From the NCBI GenBank assembly GCA_036556305.1, contig DATBJO010000069.1:1520-65519 (forward strand): a DNA stretch of 64,000 bases. The letters run 5' to 3'. Source of the stretch: Gemmatimonadota bacterium. GTDB taxonomy: Bacteria; Gemmatimonadota; Gemmatimonadetes; JACCXV01; JAHWKZ01. The position numbers were made by a program, and so were the translations under genes. Numbering within the stretch: position 1 is the first letter of the stretch; each line of letters starts with the position of its first letter. Shown here piece after piece: positions 29,857 to 39,497 of the stretch. The notes below the pieces were generated by a model that was given only the letters and a program-made list of their open reading frames with translations, was not told the origin of the DNA and did not search any database.

Positions 29857-32820
29857 TCAGCCCCGACGGCCGAATCCGAGCCGCAGGAGCGCCTGGCGCG
29901 CCGCCTCGACCCGCGGCTGGAGCGGGGGGTCCGCGTCCTTCCAGGCCATGACGAAAAGCTCGTACGCCTCGCGCGCCTTGTCCCGATCGCCGGCGGCTTC
30001 GTAGGCCTGGCCGAGGCGGTCCGAAACCAGGGTTCGATCCACCCAGAAGTAGGAGTGGAAATAGCGCTCGGCGTCGGCGGGGCGATTCTCCTCTAGGGCG
30101 ATGGTCCCCAGCCAGTACCGGATGACGAAGACGGGAAACGCATCGCCCCCGAACCCCGTCGCCTCGTGTCGGGCGACTTCGAGGAGCGCTCTTGCCTTCT
30201 GGCTCTCCCCCCGTTTCCAAGCCGCGTACCCGTCGACTCCCTGGCTCAGTCCTTCGGCGAATCGGTACCCGAGGGAGTCTCCTTCGGCACGCAGCCGTCG
30301 AGCATCTCCCCGGAGGCGCGCGGCCGCCTGGTCGAAATCTGCCCAGTGTCCCTGCTCCGCCGCCAGCGCGGCGACATAGAAGGCCTTGCTTCGGCTCACG
30401 GTGTCGACGGCCGCGAAGGATCCGAGCTCGGTCATGCGTCCGTCGCCGATCGGGATCCCCATCTCGTGCATGGCGAATAGCCATCCCTCGCGTTGACCCC
30501 GTGGCATGCGCGCATCGTCGTAGACCGCCAGAGCCGCGTCCAGATCTCCGCCCAGGAGGTACGTCCGGGCGAGACGCTGGGGGCTGGCCCAGTCCTCGCG
30601 TTGCCGGAGCCGCGAGGCGATCTCGACGGCGAGGGGATGGAATCGAGGATGGTCCGCGAGCCACTCGACGTTGATCGCGTCCTCGGAATCCAGCGTATCG
30701 ACGGTCGCGCGCGCGCTCGTGCGTGTAGCCTCGTCGCCCCACAGGAGTGCGAGCGCGTGACGGAACGAGGGCGCGTACTCGCCGTTGGGGGCCAGTCGGA
30801 GGTACGCCTCCGCCAACTGGTTCGCCCGTGCGCTGTCGGCCCGGAAAAAGGCGATCTCCGTCGGGTGGATGTAGAGCGGGGCCAGGCCTGGGTCGAGCTC
30901 GATCGCGCGCGCCCAGGCCTCGTCGCTCTGGGCGTCCGTGGCGAGCGTGGGCAGGTGGTAATAGGTCTCTCCGAGGGTGAACCAGAGCTCGACGTCATCG
31001 GGATACTTCCGGACTCCTTGACGCAGTGCCTCGACTCCGTCCAGCGTGCCTCGTTCGAGCGCCAGCGAAGCCCGGACCAGGATCGCCTCGCGCTCGGGGA
31101 GCCGTTCGGCGAACCGCGCGGCGCGTTCCAGAGCGGAAGTCGAGAGATCGCTCCCGATGTTCTGCGCCCATCCGTACGCCAGCGAAAGCCGGTAATAGGC
31201 GAGCGCGAAGGTGGTGTCCGCCTCGACCGCTTGCTGGAGCAAAGGGATCGCGGCGTCGAAGTCCGATCGGCGGTAGAGAGCCTCGGCGTCGAGGTACGCC
31301 TTGAGGGCCGGCAGGGAGGTCGTGGTCACGCGAGCCAGGCTGACCTGCGGGAGCACGTCCGTCTTCCCCGTGAGGACGGTCTCGAGGACGCCGATCGAGA
31401 GCCGGTCGACGAGCGAGTAGACCGAGTCCGGCACGCCCTGCACCTGAGTCTGCCCCAGGCTCGTGCCGCTCGCGAGGTCGTAGACGTCCGCGACCAGCCG
31501 CACGTCGGAGCCGAGCGCGGTCGCGCTCCCCAGCAGCGCGTACCGGGCGCCGGTTCGTCGGCCGACCTCGAGGGCGGCTTCGAGATCCGGGGTCGCCGAT
31601 CCGTGCACGACCTCGCTCCACCGGGCCAGGACCGTCCGGCCGTCGATCGCCCGCAGACCACCCGCGCCGTCGATGTTCGCCGAGACGAGGTCGATGACGC
31701 CTTCGCGCCAGACGTCGAGTCCGTCCCCGTTCACCGTGAACGGGAGGACGGCGATTCCGGGCGCGGCGTCCTCGGCGATCGCGCCAGCCGGGGAGAAGCT
31801 GCGACCCCGATCCTGGATCACGATGTAGAGACCGGCGACGCCGAACAGAAGCGAGAAGGCGATCGCTCCGCCGAGAACCGCGCGGCCCCAGGTCAGGTGC
31901 GGCATTTCGCCGCGGGTGACCGAGCGCCCGAGCTGGCCCAGGGCGAGGTCCCACTTCCCCGGCAGTTCGCCTCTTGGGGCGCGATCGGCGGTTCGCGGAT
32001 GCGCCTGCACCCAGGCCGTCGACAGGACGACTCCCAGGCCGATCGCGAGGAGGACCAGCGCGACCCAGGAGACCCAGCCCGGAAAACCGACAGCGTGCCG
32101 GAGCGCATTGGTCCCCAGGAAGACGAGGGTTGCGGCCACCAGATAGATCGCGAAGACGCGGAACAGACGAGCGGACGGCAATCGGTGGGGTCCAGCGGTG
32201 GTAACGGGTCGCTCCGCGACGGCGGGCTCGGCTTCCATGCTCTCGAATCCTGCCCACGCCGACTCCTCCGCGACCTCGATCGCGTAGACGTCGACCGGCG
32301 CCGCGATCCCCTTCAGGGTCCGCTCGCCGAGGGACTCGAATCGCAGCTCGCGGCGTGCGCGGAGTTGGCGCCAGACGTCCTCGCTGACGACCACTTGCCC
32401 GGGCTTCGCCTCGGCCTGGAGACGTGCGGCCACGTTGACACCGTCGCCGTAGAGGTCGCCGTCCGGCGTGGACGCGACGTCGCCGACGTGAACGCCGATC
32501 CGGAGCGTCCGGTTGGCGTCAGCGAGGCCGGCCGACTGGCTCTCGAACGCGGTCAGAAGCGCGTGAGCGGCGCGCACGGCCGCTTCGGTGCTCGGAAATT
32601 CCGCCAGCGCACCGTCGCCCAGGAACTTGACGATCCGCCCATCGTACCGCTCGGCGGCCGTCCGGCAGGTATTCTGGAACAGGTGAATCAGGCGTAGGGC
32701 CGCGGAATCGTCCTCGCCCGCGAGGCGGCTGTAGCCGACGACGTCGGCGAACCACACGGCGGTAAGGCGATGCTGGAGCGATGTCATCGAGGTCCATGCC
32801 AGGCGAGGGTTTCCGCCCAT
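29857..32820 (-). CDS. Class III adenylate/guanylate cyclase fused to a 3-TM segment, a TolB_N-like domain and TPR repeats
   Basis: The real start is an internal Met (32820 or 32787) of six-frame ORF 29857..33996. Cyclase homology motifs: FADVVGYSRL, KFLGDGALAEF, GVHVGDV, GDGVNVAARL. Three hydrophobic helices. An IAVLPF...TolB_N-like segment. A long TPR region. Confidence 0.8.
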   Translation of the reverse strand: MGGNPRLAWTSMTSLQHRLTAVWFADVVGYSRLAGEDDSAALRLIHLFQNTCRTAAERYDGRIVKFLGDGALAEFPSTEAAVRAAHALLTAFESQSAGLADANRTLRIGVHVGDVASTPDGDLYGDGVNVAARLQAEAKPGQVVVSEDVWRQLRARRELRFESLGERTLKGIAAPVDVYAIEVAEESAWAGFESMEAEPAVAERPVTTAGPHRLPSARLFRVFAIYLVAATLVFLGTNALRHAVGFPGWVSWVALVLLAIGLGVVLSTAWVQAHPRTADRAPRGELPGKWDLALGQLGRSVTRGEMPHLTWGRAVLGGAIAFSLLFGVAGLYIVIQDRGRSFSPAGAIAEDAAPGIAVLPFTVNGDGLDVWREGVIDLVSANIDGAGGLRAIDGRTVLARWSEVVHGSATPDLEAALEVGRRTGARYALLGSATALGSDVRLVADVYDLASGTSLGQTQVQGVPDSVYSLVDRLSIGVLETVLTGKTDVLPQVSLARVTTTSLPALKAYLDAEALYRRSDFDAAIPLLQQAVEADTTFALAYYRLSLAYGWAQNIGSDLSTSALERAARFAERLPEREAILVRASLALERGTLDGVEALRQGVRKYPDDVELWFTLGETYYHLPTLATDAQSDEAWARAIELDPGLAPLYIHPTEIAFFRADSARANQLAEAYLRLAPNGEYAPSFRHALALLWGDEATRTSARATVDTLDSEDAINVEWLADHPRFHPLAVEIASRLRQREDWASPQRLARTYLLGGDLDAALAVYDDARMPRGQREGWLFAMHEMGIPIGDGRMTELGSFAAVDTVSRSKAFYVAALAAEQGHWADFDQAAARLRGDARRLRAEGDSLGYRFAEGLSQGVDGYAAWKRGESQKARALLEVARHEATGFGGDAFPVFVIRYWLGTIALEENRPADAERYFHSYFWVDRTLVSDRLGQAYEAAGDRDKAREAYELFVMAWKDADPPLQPRVEAARQALLRLGFGRRG

Positions 32821-32912
32821 AATAGCCGAGGCTCGACGGAACGCGCCAGTTGGCCGGGGTCGGCACGCTTGCACGCATGGAACGCGGCGCGCCGCTTGCG
32901 GTAGGAGACGCA

Positions 32913-33914
32913 ATGCTCCGCAAGCGTACCTCGATCGTGCTGATCTCCCTGGCGCTCGCCTGCGGACCCGGCTCCGTCCAGCGCGAAGCCCCGATTCCGG
33001 GACGCTGGGCGAGCGCCGCCGAGATGCCCGAGCCGCGGCGCGGAGTCGGCGCCGCCGAGCTCGACGGCGAAGTGTGGGTCGTGGGCGGCGTCGGCTCCGA
33101 CAGACGCGCGACGGCCCGCGTCGACGTCTACGACCCCGATCTCGATCTCTGGCGGCCGGGCCCCGCGCTTCCCGAGCCGCTCCATCACGTCGCGCTGGCG
33201 AACGCCGACGACCGCCTGTACGCGATCGGCGGGCTCGCGGGCGATCCCGCGGTTCCCGTCGCGACCGTCTACGAGCTGGACCCGGCCGTGGGCCGCTGGC
33301 AGGTCGTCGAGCCGCTCCCGCGCGCCCGCGGCGCCCTCGCGGTCGCGGTCGTCGACGAGGTGATCTACGCCGTCGGGGGCCAGGCTCTCGACGAGACCGC
33401 GGTCCGCGACGCGTGGCGCTTCGATCCAGACGAGGATCGCTGGGACCCCCTTCCGCCAGTCCCCAGCCCGCGCGAGGCGCTCGCCGCGGCCGCGATCGAA
33501 GGCGTGATCTACGTCGTCGGCGGCGAGCTCGGGAGCGCGAGCACGGCACAGGCCACGCTCGAGGCGTTCGACACCCGGACACTGCGCTGGGAACGACTCC
33601 CTTCGATGCCGACGCCGCGCGGCGAGCTGGCCGCGGCCGCATTCGGCGGCCGGATCCACGTCGTCGGCGGCGTGACGCCGGCGGGATCGCTCGATGCTCA
33701 TGAAGCTTACGACCCGCGCGAGCGGCGCTGGCTTCCGCTCCACCCGATGCCGACCGCCCGCCACGGGCTCGGCGTGGCGGTCGCCGGAGGGCGCCTGTTC
33801 GCGGTCGCGGGAGGCGGGGGATCGTCCGGTTCGCCGACCGGCGCCAACGAGGAGCTCGTGCCGCTCCTTCCACCCGGCGCTCCCGCGGGGCGCGCGGTGC
33901 CGGCGTCAAATTGA
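32913..33914 (+). CDS. Kelch-repeat beta-propeller lipoprotein
   Basis: AGGAG RBS. Lipobox LALACG. Five or more Kelch-like blades (VYVVGG / LYAIGG / IYAVGG / IHVVGG). Divergent from the cyclase gene. Confidence 0.8.
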   Translation: MLRKRTSIVLISLALACGPGSVQREAPIPGRWASAAEMPEPRRGVGAAELDGEVWVVGGVGSDRRATARVDVYDPDLDLWRPGPALPEPLHHVALANADDRLYAIGGLAGDPAVPVATVYELDPAVGRWQVVEPLPRARGALAVAVVDEVIYAVGGQALDETAVRDAWRFDPDEDRWDPLPPVPSPREALAAAAIEGVIYVVGGELGSASTAQATLEAFDTRTLRWERLPSMPTPRGELAAAAFGGRIHVVGGVTPAGSLDAHEAYDPRERRWLPLHPMPTARHGLGVAVAGGRLFAVAGGGGSSGSPTGANEELVPLLPPGAPAGRAVPASN

Positions 33915-33994
33915 CAAAGCCCGAGTCCGCGTCTAACGTCCGGCTCCTTCTGGGTTTTCGATAGCACAACATCTCTCGAAAGGAGCTTCCGGAC

Positions 33995-35815
33995 ATGGGG
34001 GCCAGTTCCCAGCTCGTCCGCTGGATCGGCGTCGTCCTGCTCGCCGCGACCGGGCTGCTTTCTACGACCTTGATGGCTTCCTGTCGCGGCGACGAGTCCG
34101 GTCAGGCGGTCGTGGAAGGATTCCAGACCCAGGCCGTCGCGACGACGTTGCCGGCGGGCGCGAGCGTCGTCGTGTCGGGATACGACGTCGAGGCGTTCTG
34201 GACGCGGCTCAAGGGAACTCGACTGTACACGGAGCTGGCGGCGATTCCGGATGTCCGCGAGGCGTTCGCGCCGATCGCCGAATCGCAGCGGGAGTTCCAG
34301 GCCGAGACGGGGCTGGCGCTCGATGAGGCCACGCTGATGCCGATCTTCGGCCGCAAGTTCGATCTCGGCTTCTACGGTCAGCTCCCCAAGGACCGAGCCG
34401 ACCTCGTCCTGGTCGCCTCGATCGAGGACGAGGCCCGGACGCAGACCCTTCTCGAGACGCTCGAGGCCAAGATCACGGAGGAGAAGGGCGCGACGTTCGC
34501 CGACGAGGACATGGCGGGTACCCACGTCCGGGTCGGGAGGAACGAGGGCGACGAAGTGCTCTTCTATTCGATCGCCGACCAGCGTCTCGTCATGGCCACG
34601 ACGCGGACCCGGATGCAGGGCGCGCTTTCACTCGGGGGGGAGGCCCAGTCGATGGCCTCGACCGCCGACTACGAGGCCGTGATCCGCAAGCTTCCCGAAG
34701 CCGCGATCACGGTGTACGTGGATCAGCGGGCGATGAAAGAAGCCGCCGAGCGCGCCGCCGCCGCGGACACGGCGGCGGGAGCTCCCGAAACGCTCCAGAG
34801 CGAGCGCCTGCGCGCGGCCACGAGCGCCCTCGAGGATTACCAGCTGGCGAGCGCCGTCGGCTTCGGCATCTACTGGACGGAGGCGGGGCTGCGGGCCGAC
34901 GCGTACACGAAGCTCCCCGCAGGGGACCGCAGGGGCCTGGCGGCGATGATGACGCGCTCGCCGTCCGCGATCCGCACGCTGCCCTTCCAGCCCGTCGGGA
35001 CGCTGTTCTACGGGGCGATGAACTCGGTCGACGCGAAACTCATGTACGACGAGCTGCGGCGGTATGCGGTCGAAGCGACGCGCATCCAGATGGACGTCGC
35101 GGGAACGGCCGACTCCCTGCAGGCGGACAGTCTCGTGGCGAACCAGCTTGCCGCGTTCCAGAGCGAGAGCGGAATCGACGTCGAAGCCGACATCGTCTCG
35201 TGGGTCGGAAACGAGGTGTCGTTCGCGATCGCGGGCGTGGACAAGACGGGGTTCTTCCCGGTGCCCGAGATCGCGCTCACGATAGCCACCAGGGATCCGG
35301 CGAAATCGCGGGAGTTCCTGAGCCGTGTCGAGACCCTGGTCGGACAGGCGGCGGCGGAGCGGGCGTCGATCCCGCTCCAGTGGCAGGGGGAGGAGCATCA
35401 GGGACAGATGCTCCGCTACGCGCCGACTCCGATGGGGGAAGGACTGTCGCTGTCCTACGTCGTGACCGACGATTTCGTGCTGCTCGGCTCGAGCCGCGGA
35501 CTCCTGAAGCGGATGCTCGACGCGCGCGGGGGTGGGCAGCAGGCGCTGCCGTCCAACCCGGGGTTCGCCGAGATGACCGAGTTCTATCCCAGCGAGGTGA
35601 ACGCTCTGGGGTTCGTGAACGTCGAGCAGATCCTGACCGAGGTGCAGGGGTTGATGACCACCTTCGGAGGAATGGCCGGGGGCGCCGCGGCGGCCGATAC
35701 CAGCTCGTCGACGTACAAGGTCATGCAGGCCATGAAGAACGCGCCGCGCATGGGATTCTACAGCGACGCGGACGCGGAAGGTGCCTTCGGTCACTTCCTG
35801 CTCGAGGTTCGGTAA
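33995..35815 (+). CDS. DUF3352-like secreted/lipoprotein
   Basis: 606 aa. AAGGAG RBS. N-terminal signal with a Cys (LMASC). Confidence 0.6.
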   Translation: MGASSQLVRWIGVVLLAATGLLSTTLMASCRGDESGQAVVEGFQTQAVATTLPAGASVVVSGYDVEAFWTRLKGTRLYTELAAIPDVREAFAPIAESQREFQAETGLALDEATLMPIFGRKFDLGFYGQLPKDRADLVLVASIEDEARTQTLLETLEAKITEEKGATFADEDMAGTHVRVGRNEGDEVLFYSIADQRLVMATTRTRMQGALSLGGEAQSMASTADYEAVIRKLPEAAITVYVDQRAMKEAAERAAAADTAAGAPETLQSERLRAATSALEDYQLASAVGFGIYWTEAGLRADAYTKLPAGDRRGLAAMMTRSPSAIRTLPFQPVGTLFYGAMNSVDAKLMYDELRRYAVEATRIQMDVAGTADSLQADSLVANQLAAFQSESGIDVEADIVSWVGNEVSFAIAGVDKTGFFPVPEIALTIATRDPAKSREFLSRVETLVGQAAAERASIPLQWQGEEHQGQMLRYAPTPMGEGLSLSYVVTDDFVLLGSSRGLLKRMLDARGGGQQALPSNPGFAEMTEFYPSEVNALGFVNVEQILTEVQGLMTTFGGMAGGAAAADTSSSTYKVMQAMKNAPRMGFYSDADAEGAFGHFLLEVR

Positions 35816-35864
35816 CCGGCGGACGACGCCGGGTCATCGCGGCTCGCCGCCTGTTTTCCAGGAA

Positions 35865-35890
35865 GGGGTCGCCCCTCGGGGAGCGACCCC
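35865..35890 (+). terminator. GC-rich hairpin (8-bp stem GGGGTCGC/GCGACCCC, 10-nt loop); candidate terminator after the DUF3352 gene
   Basis: Perfect inverted repeat seen directly. There is no strong U-tract, as is common in high-GC genomes. Confidence 0.35.
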
Positions 35891-36009
35891 TTCGCGCATC
35901 GGGGCCGGACCGCGGTACGAGCTGTTAACCGCGCTCCGCGCTCCCGCGTATGAGCGGGCAGCCACCGGAACGGACCGGAGGCGCCCCTTTCCCATTCCCG
36001 GAGGTTCGG

Positions 36010-36465
36010 ATGGAAAACGACATGGCCGCCGTCTTCGGCGTCATCGGCGTGGCCTCGATCTTCGCTCTCCTGGTCGGCTTCTCGACCTTCGTCGTGTCCG
36101 CGCGGGGACGGGAACGTAGCCGGGCGCAGTTCGATCTCCAGCGGCGGATGCTCGAGAAGTTCGGCTCGGCCTCGGAGTTCGTCGCGTTCCTCGAGAGCGG
36201 CAGCGGGCGGAAGTTCCTGGAAGCCATTTCCTCCGAAGCCCATACCCAGGCCGGGCGGATCTTCGGCTCGATTCAGAAGGGCGCCATCTTCACGTTGATC
36301 GGCGCGGTGGGGTTCTGCGTCGTGGCGTACGACCCCAACGACCTGGTTCCGCTGGCGGTGCCGAGCGGGATCGCGCTCGCGATCGGGCTCGGCTACCTGA
36401 TTTCCGCCTTCGCCACCTACAAGCTGTCGAAGCAGTGGGGCCTCCTACCCCCTTCGGTCTCCTGA
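36010..36465 (+). CDS. Hypothetical membrane protein, first gene of the ECF sigma module
   Basis: GGAGG RBS. Two to four TM helices. Its stop codon abuts the sigma-factor start. Confidence 0.55.
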   Translation: MENDMAAVFGVIGVASIFALLVGFSTFVVSARGRERSRAQFDLQRRMLEKFGSASEFVAFLESGSGRKFLEAISSEAHTQAGRIFGSIQKGAIFTLIGAVGFCVVAYDPNDLVPLAVPSGIALAIGLGYLISAFATYKLSKQWGLLPPSVS

Positions 36466-36987
36466 GTGGTCGCGCCGACGGCGATCGGCGACGACGCCGA
36501 CTCGTTCGAGGCGCTGTACACCCGGACGTCGCCGCGGATCGCCGCCTACCTGCGGCGGATCACGGGCTCTCCCGAATGGTCCGAGGATCTGCTCCAGGAC
36601 ACCTACGTCCGGTACCTGAACGCCGAGCGGCCTCCCATGGACGAACGGCAGACGGTCTCGTATCTCTATCGGATCGCCACCAACCTCGTCTACGACGGCT
36701 GGAGGGCGATGCGCCGTGAGCGGGAATGGGAAGAGGTCGCGCCGGTCGAGGAGACACGGCCCGAGCCGGTGGAGCTGAGGCGCGACGTCGAAGAGGCGCT
36801 GGCCCGGTTGAGCGCGCGCGAGCGCGCCCTGGTGTGGCTGGCCTACGTCGAAGGTTATGCGCATCGGGACATCGCCCGGGTCATCGGCGTCAAGGACGCG
36901 AGCGTCCGTGTGCTCCTGTTCCGCGCGCGCCGCAAGCTGGCGCGGATCCTGGAGGAGACCGGGCTGACGCCGGAGGTTCTGGGATGA
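36466..36987 (+). CDS. RNA polymerase sigma-70 factor, ECF subfamily
   Basis: Region 2 (LLQDTYVRYL...YLYRIATNLVYD) and region 4 (LSARERALVWLAYVEGYAHRDIARVIGVKDASVRVLLFRARRKL) are present. Confidence 0.9.
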   Translation: MVAPTAIGDDADSFEALYTRTSPRIAAYLRRITGSPEWSEDLLQDTYVRYLNAERPPMDERQTVSYLYRIATNLVYDGWRAMRREREWEEVAPVEETRPEPVELRRDVEEALARLSARERALVWLAYVEGYAHRDIARVIGVKDASVRVLLFRARRKLARILEETGLTPEVLG

Positions 36988-37439
36988 GCGAGACGATGCG
37001 CGAATGCCCGCGGGAAGCAGAGTCGCTGTCCGCGCTGCTCGCGGGGAGCGTGGGAGCGGAGCTCAAGCGGCACGTTACGGGGTGCGCCGAATGCCGCGAG
37101 GTGATGATCGTGGCGACGTGGCTCCGGGGCGTCGCCAGCGAGACCGAGTTCGGGCCGCTGCCAGGCGCCGATCGTGTGCGCTGGCGCGCCCAGGTCGAGC
37201 GCCGCCTCGAGGCCCGGCGCTCGCTCGCCGAGCGTGCGGCGCGGCCGATCCGCTGGTTCGAGCGCGGCGCCGCGGCGTCGATTGCGATCGTCGCCGCCGG
37301 GATCCTCCGGACCTACGCGCTGCCGACGGCCGACACCGTGCTCGCGCAGCTATCGGACCCCGCGACCCTGGCCACCGTGACCGCGACGCTCATGGTGGTC
37401 GCCGGGCTCGCCGCGCGGGAATCTCTCCGGAGGCCGTGA
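36984..37439 (+). CDS. Anti-sigma factor, zinc-finger (ZAS-type) with a C-terminal TM helix
   Basis: ATGA overlap with the sigma gene. H-x3-C-x2-C motif RHVTGCAECRE. One TM helix (AAASIAIVAAGIL). Confidence 0.7.
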   Translation: MSETMRECPREAESLSALLAGSVGAELKRHVTGCAECREVMIVATWLRGVASETEFGPLPGADRVRWRAQVERRLEARRSLAERAARPIRWFERGAAASIAIVAAGILRTYALPTADTVLAQLSDPATLATVTATLMVVAGLAARESLRRP

Positions 37440-38035
37440 GGGTGCGCGATTCGCTCGCCGCGATCGTCGTCGGACTCGTCGCGCTCGCCGCTCCGGGCTG
37501 TCAGGTCGAGGAAGACGTCGTGCCGGGCCCCGAGCCGTCCGCGCAGACGATCGGGGTGGAGACCGCCCGCGACGACGAACCGCCGATCGCGCCGCTCGCC
37601 CTGCGCGCGTGGCTGGAGCAGCGGAGTTACCGGGACGACTGGGAGCTCTGGCCGGGCACCGCGCCGCTCCACCCCGGTGCCGAGGGCCACGGCGCCCTCC
37701 ACACGACCCGGGTGAGTCCGGCCGCGCTGGACGCGCTCGGCCGCGGACGGGCGGTCCTGCCGACCGGATCGGTCGTGATCCTCGACGAGCATTCGCCCGA
37801 CAGCCTCCTGTCGGCGGTCGACGTGATGATCCAGGCGGGGGGATCCGAAGCCGCGGACGTCGACTGGCATTTCGCGCGTTTCGGCTCGGCGGGGGACGTC
37901 GAGCCGATCGCGATGTGCCCGGCATGTCACGTCCGGGACCCGGACTGGCTGTTCAGCGGGGAGCTCGGCAGGCCGCTGCCCGTCGACAGCACCGGCGCGG
38001 GACCGGAGTCGTCCGGGACGCCGGATTCCCTCTAG
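37436..38035 (+). CDS. Cytochrome P460 / c'-beta-family-like mono-heme lipoprotein (single CXXCH)
   Basis: GTGA overlap with the anti-sigma stop. Lipobox LAAPGC. The C-terminal segment VMIQAGG...DWHFARF...CPACHVRDPDWLFS matches the P460-family pattern VMVK...GWGFAVF...CAACH...DFVF as recalled from memory. Gln sits where the crosslinking Lys of true P460 would be. Confidence 0.5.
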   Translation: MRVRDSLAAIVVGLVALAAPGCQVEEDVVPGPEPSAQTIGVETARDDEPPIAPLALRAWLEQRSYRDDWELWPGTAPLHPGAEGHGALHTTRVSPAALDALGRGRAVLPTGSVVILDEHSPDSLLSAVDVMIQAGGSEAADVDWHFARFGSAGDVEPIAMCPACHVRDPDWLFSGELGRPLPVDSTGAGPESSGTPDSL

Positions 38036-39015
38036 CGGTTGAGCTCGCGCCGCTTGCGGTTGTGCTCGGCGAACGTCGTGCTGAACGTGTGCCGCCCGCC
38101 CTCGCCGGTCGCGAAGAAGAAGAGCCACGGCACCGAATCCGGGTAGAGCGTGGCCTCGAGGCTCGCGCGGCCCGGGCTCGCGATCGGCCCCGGCGGCAGC
38201 CCCGGATAGAGATAGGTGTTGTACGGCGAATCGACCTCGAGGTCGCGGTAGAGCACCCGCCGGCGGTGGGATCCGAGCGCGTACTGGACGGTCGGGTCCG
38301 CCTCGAGCTTCATCCCGATCCGCAACCGGTTCCAGTAGACGCCGGCGATCACCGGACGCTCCTCCGGAACCCTCGCTTCCTCCTCGACGATCGACGCCAG
38401 CGTGACGATCTCGTCGACCGTCCGGCCGAGGTCCTCGGCCCGCTCCCGCCAGTCGTGGTCGAAGGTGCGATGGAACTCGCCCACCATGAGGCGGACGAGC
38501 TCGCGGGCGTCGGTCGCGGGATCGACCCGGTAGGTTTCGGGGAAGAGATACCCCTCGAGCGTGGGCGCCTGGATGCCCAGCGAATCGGCGAACGTCGAAT
38601 CCGTGGCCGCCGCGACGAACGCCGCCGAGTCCACCCCCAGCTCGCGCGCGGCGACGCCGGCCTGCTGCTCGAGGCGGAGCCCCTCGGGGATCGTGACGGT
38701 CGCGAGAAGCGTCCGGCCCGTCAGCAGGATGTCCACGACGCCGGGGAGCGAGGCCCCGGGCGGGATCTCGTACGTGCCGGCCTGTATCGAGCCCGCGTTG
38801 CCGCCGGCCCGGAGCCAGATCTCGAACAGCAGCGCGCTGCGGATGACCGCCGCTTCCTCGAGTCGCCGGCCGAGCGCGCGGACCGGGGTTCCCGTCTCGA
38901 CGACGATCCGCACGGAGTCGCTCCGCTCGGGTGCCCGGGACGCCGCCCAGAGCCAGGCGACGCCGAGGACCGTCAGGAGGAGGAGCGCGCAGACGAGGAG
39001 GCGCGTCCGTGTCAC
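38032..39015 (-). CDS. mltG: Endolytic murein transglycosylase MltG (YceG family)
   Basis: N-terminal TM helix plus the YceG domain (GVYWNRL, YNTYLYPGLPPGPIASPG). GTG start inferred. Confidence 0.85.
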   Translation of the reverse strand: MTRTRLLVCALLLLTVLGVAWLWAASRAPERSDSVRIVVETGTPVRALGRRLEEAAVIRSALLFEIWLRAGGNAGSIQAGTYEIPPGASLPGVVDILLTGRTLLATVTIPEGLRLEQQAGVAARELGVDSAAFVAAATDSTFADSLGIQAPTLEGYLFPETYRVDPATDARELVRLMVGEFHRTFDHDWRERAEDLGRTVDEIVTLASIVEEEARVPEERPVIAGVYWNRLRIGMKLEADPTVQYALGSHRRRVLYRDLEVDSPYNTYLYPGLPPGPIASPGRASLEATLYPDSVPWLFFFATGEGGRHTFSTTFAEHNRKRRELNR

Positions 39016-39458
39016 GGCCCGTCGCCCGGCGGGCGCCGCTCGCAGAACTTCATGTAGTGCTCGAGCATGAGCACCGCGCTCAGCTGATCCAGCTTTCCGC
39101 GCATCTTCTTCTCCGAATAGCCGAGCTCCCTGAGCGTGCGTTTGGCCGCCTCGGTGGTCAGCCGCTCGTCCCATTCCTCGATCGGGATCTCGACGGCGAG
39201 GAGGAGGCGATCGCGGAACGCGCGCACGCGCTGGGCGGCCGGACCGACCGATCCGTCGAGAGAATACGGCATGCCGAGGAGGAGGCGGTCCACGCGGCGC
39301 TCCGTGACGAGGGCCGCGATCGCGGCGGTCAGGCCGCCTTCCTTGAGGGCGCCGCGATCGAGGGTGGGGAGGCCGCTCACGAAGCCGGTCTCGGGGTCCG
39401 ACAGCGCCAGGCCTACGTTGCGCTCGCCGTAGTCGATCGCCAGCACTCGCTCGGCCAT
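39012..39458 (-). CDS. ruvX: Putative pre-16S rRNA nuclease / Holliday junction resolvase RuvX (YqgF)
   Basis: RLLGLDLGTKT-like motif (VLAIDYGERNVGLALSD) and the RuvX fold. 148 aa. Confidence 0.9.
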   Translation of the reverse strand: MAERVLAIDYGERNVGLALSDPETGFVSGLPTLDRGALKEGGLTAAIAALVTERRVDRLLLGMPYSLDGSVGPAAQRVRAFRDRLLLAVEIPIEEWDERLTTEAAKRTLRELGYSEKKMRGKLDQLSAVLMLEHYMKFCERRPPGDGP

Positions 39459-39497
39459 GTCGCCATCGGGGGCGAGGGGGAGAAGCGTCGAGGGGAG

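Noticed and set aside
32821-33996. N-terminal 392 codons of six-frame ORF 29857..33996 (MSGSSFREML...RRRR-rich)
   Set aside because: This segment is antisense to the Kelch lipoprotein gene and is poly-Arg nonsense. The cyclase domain begins right after the internal Met codons at 32820/32787, which are the plausible true starts.
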